44,998 bases of DNA, taken from the NCBI GenBank assembly GCA_002104905.1, contig MCFE01000687.1, positions 1 to 44,998 of the forward strand, in the 5' to 3' direction. Origin of the DNA: Basidiobolus meristosporus CBS 931.73 (Eukaryota > Fungi > Basidiobolomycota). Of the stretch, positions 23,451-32,279 are shown in pieces. The notes under the pieces are model-generated. The model did not search any database. It was not told the origin of the DNA and was given only the letters and a program-made list of their open reading frames with translations. The stretch's first letter is position 1, and every line of letters starts with the position of its first letter. The position numbers and the translations under genes were made by a program.

Positions 23451-24692
23451 TCATCTTCTCCTGGGTTTTTTTCTCACAGGGATTACTACTGAAGCATTTG
23501 GTAGTGACTCACTTTGCACACCTATACTACTTCCTGGCTGACTATCATCTTGGCTACTTGTGTATTTGTAGTCAGTATTTTGCCTCCTAGTTGATGAGTG
23601 CAATGCTGCAGCTTGGCCGCGCTGAATTGCTCCGACTGAACCAACTGAACCAACTGAACCGGCCTGTAGTGCCATGTGCTGACGCGTTCTTTTACTTGCC
23701 AAGGGCTCCGGTGGTTGAGTCACTTCATGTTGGTCATCATCAGTCAGTTCACCAGAAGTAACTTGCTGATGGTCAGGCAAAACAGCACGCGCAGGCGTGC
23801 CTTGACGCGTTGAGATGGCCCTTGGCTGAGTTTGATGTGATGCCGCATGTTGACGCAACTCGGTCCGCTCCAATGGACTTGTGTCTAAATGAGCAGTTTG
23901 GCAAGTTCTGGTAGTTTTGCTCTGAAGCACGCGCGTTGACTTGACGCGGGGCGTTCTGGTAAAGGGTGTTGGCGTGGTCTGGACTGATGTGCGCCGGCGC
24001 GCTGTGGTTGCAAGAGATGGTAGGGAATCCAGCGAGGCGTGCTGGCGCAATCTGGACGATGTTGCTTGCGGTCTGTATTCTTCCTCCTGAAGCTCACCAT
24101 CTGATTCCTCAAGGTATTCACTTACCCTCTGTCTGATACTTTGGAGCTGTTGCCTGGATGAGTCCTGTGTATATTGCTCTTGGAAGCCACTTGGCTCTAC
24201 TAATATATCACATAGTACATTAGTCATTTGAGGCAAAAACTCATTCAAAATCTCTTTGGTTCCCAAAGTTGAGGCACAAACAGACGCATCCGGCCGGTAC
24301 TGTGCAAATTGCGTGCAAAATTGTTCCCACGCGGCTTCCTCGTCAAATCCCCTCACTCTCAGCTCATTCTTGATTTCAATACTTGTCTTGTTATATATCT
24401 TTTTACATACATCGGCTGGCATCTTGATGTAGAACTCATGCCACAGCTTTCTACTCAAATTCTTCCATCTTTGTTGACTCTCTGAGGTATCTAGTTCTGC
24501 TAGATTAATCAGTAGTGCCCAAATATCTGTATGAAGGCTCATCATAGACACTAGGGCCATACTAAAATCATTTGGCAAGAACTCAAACGGATCCGACATC
24601 GACTTTTCTGGTCCGGACCGCGCTTGTGAGCTGGGGGATGGGTTTTGTCTGGGTTGTACTAAAGATGAGTTGAGGCTTGGTATGGGGACCAT
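23451..24692 (-). CDS. Accessory ORF2 protein, 413 aa, possible divergent Myb/SANT/MADF-like region plus a low-complexity tail
   Basis: Open frame divergent from the transposase; IWALLINL...QRWKNLSRK resembles the recognition helix of trihelix/MADF domains; basic C-terminus RKKPRRR (NLS-like). Confidence 0.75.
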   Translation of the reverse strand: MVPIPSLNSSLVQPRQNPSPSSQARSGPEKSMSDPFEFLPNDFSMALVSMMSLHTDIWALLINLAELDTSESQQRWKNLSRKLWHEFYIKMPADVCKKIYNKTSIEIKNELRVRGFDEEAAWEQFCTQFAQYRPDASVCASTLGTKEILNEFLPQMTNVLCDILVEPSGFQEQYTQDSSRQQLQSIRQRVSEYLEESDGELQEEEYRPQATSSRLRQHASLDSLPSLATTARRRTSVQTTPTPFTRTPRVKSTRVLQSKTTRTCQTAHLDTSPLERTELRQHAASHQTQPRAISTRQGTPARAVLPDHQQVTSGELTDDDQHEVTQPPEPLASKRTRQHMALQAGSVGSVGSVGAIQRGQAAALHSSTRRQNTDYKYTSSQDDSQPGSSIGVQSESLPNASVVIPVRKKPRRR

Positions 24693-25051
24693 AGCAACGG
24701 ATTTGGATACTTATACAGCAGTATATTGGCATCAACCTGGTCTTATATGAAATATATATGAAAACTAAAGTGAATGTTGAATTTTCCATATATTATGCAT
24801 GATGCATCTTGGATTGCGTTGACACGGATCAGATCACATCAATCGCAGATTTCCTATTTGATTATAGACCTATGATTAAAGCATCAATAAAAGTACCAAG
24901 GCATTGTTTGCGGATGATTTTTGCGACATAATGATGGGATACATGGCAATTGATGGAGATTTAACCATAATGTGTTAAAAATCAGATAAATAACGCAGAT
25001 CGTGCCGAATTGATTCAAACCGCCTCCATACAATCATCCATCAATTTTAAT

Positions 25052-25936
25052 ATGACTTACTCATCTGAATGGTATTTTCTCAACAATCCCATCACTACCA
25101 CTGGATTTCCTTTTGACACACTGGAGGAGATCTATTCCAAGTACTGTGGACCATCAACCCCAATCTACTCAAGGAGATCCCTTGTTAAGCTTCTCTGCTA
25201 TTACAAGAACTATTGCCCTACAAGGTTTCATCCCACCATCCATGGCAACAAAAGTCCTAGAAGCTTTGATTCCCAGCTGACAGCAATGGAGAACCACCTT
25301 GCAGAGGGTATGAATGACTTAGAGCAAGCTTGGAATACTAGGTTCAGAAGCTCCAATAGACTTCCATATCCCAGAGTGTTCAGCAACAGGTTCCATATCA
25401 GGAGTATTTTGGATACCTTCCCAGTGAGGATTAACAGACCTTCTAGAGGGCAGAGGCACTTTTATTCTGGCAAGTACAAGGCACACTGTGTGAAGTTTCA
25501 AGCACTGTCTGACATTGAGGGTAACATCATCTGGTTTAGTGGGCCATTTGCTGGAAGTAGGCATGACAAAGCACTCTGGGTAGAGAATCATCCTGAATTC
25601 AGTAGAGGGGAGAAATGTATGGCAGACTTGGCCTATATAGGAGAGGATTGTCACAGATTAGGATGTATTACAGCTTATAGGAAGCCAAGGAATGGTGTGC
25701 TTAGCAGGAAGCAGAAGCTCTACAATGAGATATTTAATCACTTCAGAGTAAGGGTAGAGCACACATTTGGATATCTGAAGAGATTCAGCATATTGGCAGG
25801 TAAATACAGAGGAAAGTCATATATAGGAGAAAACAGCAGAATAGGTAAAATAGTTAAGATACTTATCAATGCACAGTATGTTCATACAAGAAGACATCCA
25901 CTGAGAGAAATGTGTCTGGAGCATTATGAAGAGTAA
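25052..25936 (+). CDS. DDE_Tnp_4-type transposase, intact 294 aa (copy 3)
   Basis: ATG at 25052; same D-D-E motifs as copy 1, about 7 amino-acid differences. Confidence 0.92.
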   Translation: MTYSSEWYFLNNPITTTGFPFDTLEEIYSKYCGPSTPIYSRRSLVKLLCYYKNYCPTRFHPTIHGNKSPRSFDSQLTAMENHLAEGMNDLEQAWNTRFRSSNRLPYPRVFSNRFHIRSILDTFPVRINRPSRGQRHFYSGKYKAHCVKFQALSDIEGNIIWFSGPFAGSRHDKALWVENHPEFSRGEKCMADLAYIGEDCHRLGCITAYRKPRNGVLSRKQKLYNEIFNHFRVRVEHTFGYLKRFSILAGKYRGKSYIGENSRIGKIVKILINAQYVHTRRHPLREMCLEHYEE

Positions 25937-26524
25937 ATAAAGCAAGGAAAGCACTATTCTGAGCAACATAAGTAAGATTGAGTAAAATTACCAGTAACTG
26001 TATCATACCACTGGCATCATGGTAGAAATTATAGTGCCAGATAGTGCTGTAGAGTGCTAGATTGATCCGGCACTATAAACCGGCTGGCACTATGTGGCAC
26101 TATCCAACGGAACAAGTCTACTATGCCTAATTACTAGGATTACTATGGTGACTTTGATTGCATGTAACTTTTGAACCTGCCAATCAAATCACGTGAAATC
26201 TTTACAGGTGCTGCTCCTATGTTTGATCTGTGCCTCTGCAAGATTTTAGCTTTGTATCACATGTATTGCTTGCGCAATTGCCCAAAAACTTTGATCCTTC
26301 AAAATTTTCATATATATGACTTCCCCAGCTGAAAAATAAAGGCAGAGCCTTTCTTCACAGAATCTCCACATTATGATTACAAGTTTAAAGGTTATAAGAC
26401 TTCCCCTGCATCACTTGCACTGTTGAGTATTTTGACTTTGATTGGAACTACATCAGTAAAGAGACTGCAAAGCTCACAAGAATCCAATCTAAGTTCTACA
26501 AGAAACTACCACTTTTCTGTTGGC

Positions 26525-26705
26525 AAAGTCCCCTCTAAGAAACCCCTTTACTCAAAAGACACCCCTTCAGTCTAAAGACCCCTTTAGAGACCCCTTTAAG
26601 AAACTCCTTTACTCTAATGAAGCCCCTTTAGGCACCCCTTGAGTGTAAAGTCCACTTTAGAGACTACTACAAGAAGCCCCTTTACTCTAAAGACACCCCT
26701 TTGGG
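26525..26705. repeat. Degenerate tandem repeats (aagacccctttactcta-like) inside the 1.18-kb element
   Basis: Repeated aag(a)cccctt motifs at irregular spacing. Confidence 0.6.
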
Positions 26706-27787
26706 TTAAATGGGAGCTCAGAGTTTCCATATTAGGAAATATCTTCTCAGAAAGGAAAGTGACTTCCAAATAAGGAAAAGTTACTATAAAAGTAAATAAT
26801 CTCATTAGTTGACAGAAAGTCAGAACACTGCTGTAGAAGTGATAAACACTGCCTAAAGTATATTTTGAGCTTAAGATTGAGGAAATTAGTGAAAGTTATA
26901 TCTTCTATTGGTATATCAAACTCTCAATAAACTATTTCAGTATTATCATACTGGAAGTTATTGTATATTGTTGATTAGCCTTTACATTGTAGAACAAGCC
27001 CCAAACTAATCATAATATAATACAACAGTTCTTGGGACCTTCCTTAACCTATTCTACGTGATTGTAATGCCAAGACCAGGTAAAAGTATAAATACTACTT
27101 TTGTATTCAATAAATCATTAAGTGAAAACCACATAATCTACTTGTTCTCCCAATCACTTACAATATCTCCAAGACTCTTACAACAACTGTCACCCCACTA
27201 CAGCGCAGCCAGTTCAGCTACACCCCAGTGAGGTGGATGAGCTTGCAGAGAAAGGCAACCTGTCTACCACAGTCTCCACATCCTCCATTGCTTACAGAGT
27301 GGAGATCCCACCAGCAGATAAAGTGACAATGTCAGGAACTCAAACATAAACACAATGCCTTCAGTGGAATTTTGGAACATTAATAGGCACACCAAGAGGT
27401 TGCAGCACTTCTTCAAGAGCAGTGCCTAAGAGAATGCACTTGAATATTGCAAAGACTGACAGATGAGGTTCTAGACCTTGCAGTGCTGGCTGAAGACCAT
27501 GATGTATGGGAACCAGTAAATGAATAATGGCATGAAGATATAGGGCTCCTGCCAAAGTCATAGAGACAGAGTGTTACAGCAGAGATATCTACTGAGTGTT
27601 GGATTTTAATGGAGTTACTTGTTGAGTGTGGGGTTGAGCTTAATATTAGTGTATGGTATAGGGACTTGTATTGGTCAATACAATTGGCAATTGAGGTATA
27701 ACAGAAGCTTCAACAGAACTAGATCAATTTGTATGCATGAGAAGTAAGAGAAATGGTTGAGTCAGTAAGTAAGGAGTATGAAAAAGA

Positions 27788-27893
27788 TGTTGTAAGAGTC
27801 TTGGAGATATAGGAAGTGTTTGGGTGAACAAGCAGAGTATTTGGTTTTCACTTAATTATTTATTAAATGTAAAAGTAGTGTTTATACATTTAC
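27788..27893 (-). repeat. Truncated Copia LTR fragment
   Basis: tgttgtaagagtcttggagatat is the reverse complement of the LTR 3' end; similarity lost after ~105 bp. Confidence 0.7.
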
Positions 27894-28099
27894 ATTTTTA
27901 TAGGGTGAGAATAGACTAGGCCAACCAAAATTCATACCAAATTTGGTGCTTAGCTGCTTACTACTACTACCAAGAGTTGCAACTGAATATTTGAACAATA
28001 AGCACTGGCTCAGTACCAGCAAAATACCATAAGAATATTAGCTCAATACCTGCTGAAAATCAGATGAATTTCAACTTTGAGACTTCACCAAGGGGAGGT

Positions 28100-28445
28100 G
28101 ATAGAGGTGTGTTAGTTGCAACAGCTGTGCATGTACATAGAGGTCAGTGAGCAGGAGGCCATATTTTGTTATTCCTCTGTATGTGGAATACCCATGGTAG
28201 CAGGGAGTAAGCAAATCTTGATGGATGGCTCTATAGTGGAGCAAGGGGAGATCAAAAATAAAATACCATTTGGTAAGTTGATATGGGGGCATTATACAGA
28301 ACTAGATGTAGGCTGCCATACTGTCATGTTAATGCCAACAGATGTGTGCACAAAGGCTGTCAAATCACTATCAAAGTTTTTTGATATAATGCAGTTGCAA
28401 ACATTGGCCAGTTATGTTTGCTCAAGTGAATGTGAGCCACTCTAG
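28100..28445 (+). pseudogene. Fragment of the CACTA-like transposase 3' region
   Basis: QQLCMYIEVSEQEAIF...IPFGKL...GCHT..MP aligns with 34865-35140. Confidence 0.65.
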
Positions 28446-29077
28446 GACCATTGGAATGACATTCAAGTCTTTCCAAAAGATCATATAGACACCATTCAGT
28501 TTATTTCAAAATTTGGGAAACTGTATGGAGACAGGATGTGCAGATACTGTGAGTATTGCAATCAATATGTCAGGTAGAGAATGCAGTATACCAATTGCAA
28601 TGAAGGAACTCAAGTAGCTCAATCTCATAGAGAAGAACTGAGCCATTGCCATATGTAACAGTAGAGTACCACTTTACAGCTTTGAATTACAAGCACAGAA
28701 CCCAAAGTTAAACCCACAGAAAAACCTATTACACTATGGGAGGGAGATACTGTAGTATTTATACCAAGGCCCAAGTATCATATTGCATTGTAGATCCATG
28801 AAGTAATCAAGTGCAATGATGAAGAGTGGTCCAATATTCAAAAGGCTGTAGAAAGTCTGGCACACTATTATCTAAAGGCTGGCATACCTTGAGACCATCA
28901 GGAACTCAAGTCCCAGCAGAATTAGCTTGACCTGCTCCATGAGCATTATACAAGACTCAAATGAGCAAACAGATTTTGGGACAGCATTGATATGATAAGA
29001 ATATATCTAAAGAGTGGCAGAAGCTATCAAATGCAGAAGTATTGGGGGCAACAGCTATTCACCAACAGCTTGCTCAG

Positions 29078-29426
29078 TGTTGCAATATTCTGAGGAGTAT
29101 TGGAAGTGATGTGGAGAACTAGAGGATTTACATGTTATTTACTTTTAAATTTATTGATCAAACGTACGGTATTTGTACTTTTGATAAAGTAGAGCAAACA
29201 ATCATGTAGAGTTTGCTAAAGAAGGTTCCAAGAATAGGTGTGCAAAGTTTGAGGGCTGTGGGACAGCTTTGAGAAAGATTGTAATCTGGGTACCTGATAA
29301 TCTGGTGAGAATATGCTAAGTAAATCCTAACATGATATTTGGTCAGGACAGAATGCTAATCAAAGAATAGGATCTATGTGACTAAGTTAGCATGAATATT
29401 TAGGTGACAACTTAATAATTGCAACA
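29078..29426 (-). repeat. Diverged solo Copia-type LTR (349 bp)
   Basis: tgttgcaa...ttgcaaca, TSD ctcag/ctcaa; shares motifs with 4205-4554. Confidence 0.7.
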
Positions 29427-29987
29427 CTCAAGAGCCTGTCATAAGCAGGTCTGAGACCTCTAACCAGAGGCCAGGAAACATTGGGTAGCCAGAAGAGTGC
29501 AGGTAAGGGAAAAACACGCTGAAGCAGATGCATTGGTGCAGCATTTGTCCAGGAAAATTCTTGGTACATTACAGGAGACACTAAGTCAAAGTAGTAGTAA
29601 GCAACCTTGCTGGGATAAAGGCAAAGGGAAAGGAAAAAAAGTGTACCTGAACCAGACCCTATGAAAAATTATTGAGATGATCCTGTCAAAAGGCCATTAC
29701 AAAGTGAAAGTCCTGTAGTTAAGAGGTACTGATCTTGTCAAGCCACCATCAAGAGATTGTTGAAAAACCATTGCACCCCAGATTTCACAACAAACTTAGT
29801 CAAAATTTTTCATCATAACAATGAATAAGTGGCTTTTGATTGGTTCCCTGCCAATTTGCTCACTTTCTGATCCTGAACACTCTATTGCCTCCTACATTTG
29901 GGTGAATTGATTGGCTATTGCCTCTTTTTCACACTCCTTACTTCCTGACTCAACTGTTTCTCTTACTTTTCATGCGTACAAATTGAT

Positions 29988-32057
29988 TTATTTCCATTGA
30001 AACTTCAGTTGTACCTCAATTGCCAATTGTATTGACCTATACAAGTCCCTATACCCTACACTAACATTAAGCCCAACCCCACACTCAACAAGTAACTCCA
30101 TTAAAATCCACCACTCAATAAGTATTTCTGCTGTAATGCTCTGGTTCCAGAACTTTGGCGGGAACCCAATGGCTTTATGCCACTGTTCATTCACTGGTTC
30201 CCACATTCCCTGGTCTTCAGCCAGCACTGCAAGGTCTAGCACCTCATTTGCCAGTCTTTTCAATTAATCCTTGCAATATTCCAGTGTGTTTTCTTGAGCA
30301 CTGCTCTTTGAGAAGTGCTGCAACCTCTTGGTGTGCCTATTGATGTTCCAAAACTCCACTGAAGGCATTATGGTAGTCTTTCAAACTCTTGACATTGTAG
30401 CCTTGTCTGTCAGTGGGATCTCCACCCTATCAACAATGGAGGCTGTGGATGCTGTGGTAGACAAATTGCCTTTTTCTGCAAACTCATCTACCTTGCCGGA
30501 GTGTAGCTTAACTGGCTGCGCTTCAAACTCTTGTGAAAACAGCTGTATTCTTGTTGGTAATTCTTCTTGGCTATGATGGGATTCAGTCTGTTCCTTGCTT
30601 GCGGTGTTAATTGGCAAGAACTGCAGTTTTTTTTGCATGCCTCCCTGTCTCAGGCTTGGGTAGAAATTTTTCCCTTTACCTTTTCCTCTATCACTGCCAG
30701 GTCTTTCACTGCTAATTTTTCTGAGTACTTCTTGTAAAGAACTACATTTTCTCCTGGATGAAATCTGCTCTGACGCATCTGTTTTGGCCTGCCTGTCCCT
30801 TGCTGGCTCTCTTCTGGCAACCTGACATTTCTTTTCAGCTTGTATTGAGCTCTCAACTATAGTTGTGACAGGCTCCTGTAAAAGCAACTGGTTTTTATCA
30901 CTGCCAGGTCCTTCACTCCTACTTTGACTGAGTGCTTCTTGAGTGGTACTACACTTTTTCCGTGATAAATGTTGTGCTGGTGCATCCGTGTCTGTCTGCT
31001 TGTCCCTAATTGGCACTCTTCCAGCTGCCTGATGTCTCTTTGATGCTTGTCTGGAGCTTTTGGCCCTGCTTGTAACAGGCTCTTGAGGAAGCCGCTGGTT
31101 TTTAGCCATGGCACCCTTGTTCTTCTGCCTTTGATAGTTTCTGCTACTCTTCAGATACTTTCTTAGCATACCAATGCTTGCCCAAAATCTGTTTGCCTGT
31201 TTGAATCCAGGATTATGCTCATGGAGCAGGTCAAGTGCATTTTGCTTGGCCTTGAGTTCCTGATGGTCCCATGGTATGCCGGCCTTAAGGTGATGGCATG
31301 CTAGACTTCTGATGGCCTCTTGTTTATTAGCCCACTCTTCATTATTGCACTCAACAGCTTCACAGATCTTTGATGTCTTTTGATTTTTAGGCTTTGGTAT
31401 AAACACCACATTGTCTCCCTCCCACACTGTGATAGGTTTTTCTGTGGGCTTTATCTTTGGGCACTGTTGTTGTGCTTCAAAGACTATACAGTGTTCCTCT
31501 GCTGTTACATTGTGAAATGGCTCAATTCTTGGCTGTGACATTGAGCTACTTGAGTTCCTTCTTTGCAGCAAAGATACTGCTTTCTCTACCTGGGATATTG
31601 TTTGCTCTACATGTATTATTCACTCATCCTGTTTCTGGACTATTTCCTGATTTCTCTGGGCCATTGCATCTATCCTATCAGCCACTGCACCTAATTGCTT
31701 CATAAATGCTTTGGTATGAGCTGACAACATACTGGCTAATATGGGTGGTGGTGATGTTATCATAGCCACTTGCTGATCTTCAACTGAGGGTACTGTATTT
31801 ACTACATTCTCTTCTGCCTGAGCATAATGGTCAGCTTGTGGCTCCACAGAGGTTCTCAATTGCCTACTTGACTGAGAGCCTGCGGAGTCCGCATTATTAC
31901 CTTCAATGGGCACACTGTCCACAGGGCCTTTGTTGGATGTATCCCTGCTTGTTGCACTGAATGTCAAAGCAAGCTGTTGTCCAACCATTCTTCTGTTGCC
32001 ATCAGCAGTGGGGTTTGGTTGAGAACCAAACAACTTTGCTTCATTTTTTGGTGGCAT
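29988..32057 (-). pseudogene. CACTA accessory gene (~690 codons) with in-frame stops
   Basis: ORF-track pieces 31620-32057, 30381-31571 and 29988-30263 share one frame, separated only by single stop codons; contains an IPKP...IPWDHQ...WAS...YLKSSRNY domain. Confidence 0.7.
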
Positions 32058-32279
32058 ATATATGGAAGTGAGTCAAATCTAAGGGGAAATAGTGTTACAT
32101 ATAGATGTGTATGTGGTGCCACAACTTTATATATTATGCCTACTTTGGCGGGTCATCATTGAATCTTACATTCATGTAGGTGCAATGTCTCAAATACAAG
32201 ACTGTCTTAAGTTCACATGAGTATTGACCAGAAAGTGATATAATAGTGTTATGTTGTTGAAGGTCAAACTGTTTGCCCC

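Larger units (their letters stand above)
22708..26119 (+). mobile_element. Pangu-like DNA transposon copy 3, 3,412 bp, both ORFs intact (candidate autonomous element)
   Basis: Same TIRs and length as copy 1, opposite orientation; 3-bp TSD ACT (22705-22707 and 26120-26122). Confidence 0.95.
22437..27027. mobile_element. ~1.18-kb TG..CA element (probable long solo LTR) in the Copia 3' LTR, itself carrying Pangu-like copy 3
   Basis: tgtggta...tacaaca with a perfect 4-bp TSD GTTC (22433-22436 and 27028-27031); the Copia LTR resumes afterwards. Confidence 0.8.
16873..27185 (+). mobile_element. Ty1/Copia retrotransposon, internally deleted and carrying several nested inserts
   Basis: 5' LTR part 16873-17142; 3' LTR 22242-22436 plus 27032-27185; PPT gagtgggag; 5-bp TSD attgt/actgt; RT-RNase H remnant inside. 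Confidence 0.88.
16181..27202 (-). mobile_element. LTR-X solo LTR (- orientation, ~705 bp: 16181-16872 plus 27191-27202) split by the Copia element
   Basis: Ends tgtgattggg and ccccactaca; flanked by GCGC at 16177-16180 and 27203-27206. Confidence 0.75.
5379..27787 (+). mobile_element. Old CACTA-family accessory-ORF remnant (copy B) split into 5379-6007, 14361-14761 and 27203-27787 by nested insertions
   Basis: Removing the inserts restores continuous homology to the reverse complement of ~29950-31560 (e.g. aaggtag-cagt-gaaggacc vs aaagtaggagtgaaggacc; gaa-gcgc-agcc). Confidence 0.8.

Noticed and set aside
14762-27202. A single Ginger-like foldback element with ~700-bp TIRs and a GCGC TSD
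   Set aside because: Initially attractive, but a third GCGC at 16177-16180, bounded by CA and TG, gives each half its own TG..CA ends and TSD. Two stacked insertions fit better; the single-element model is downgraded, not excluded.
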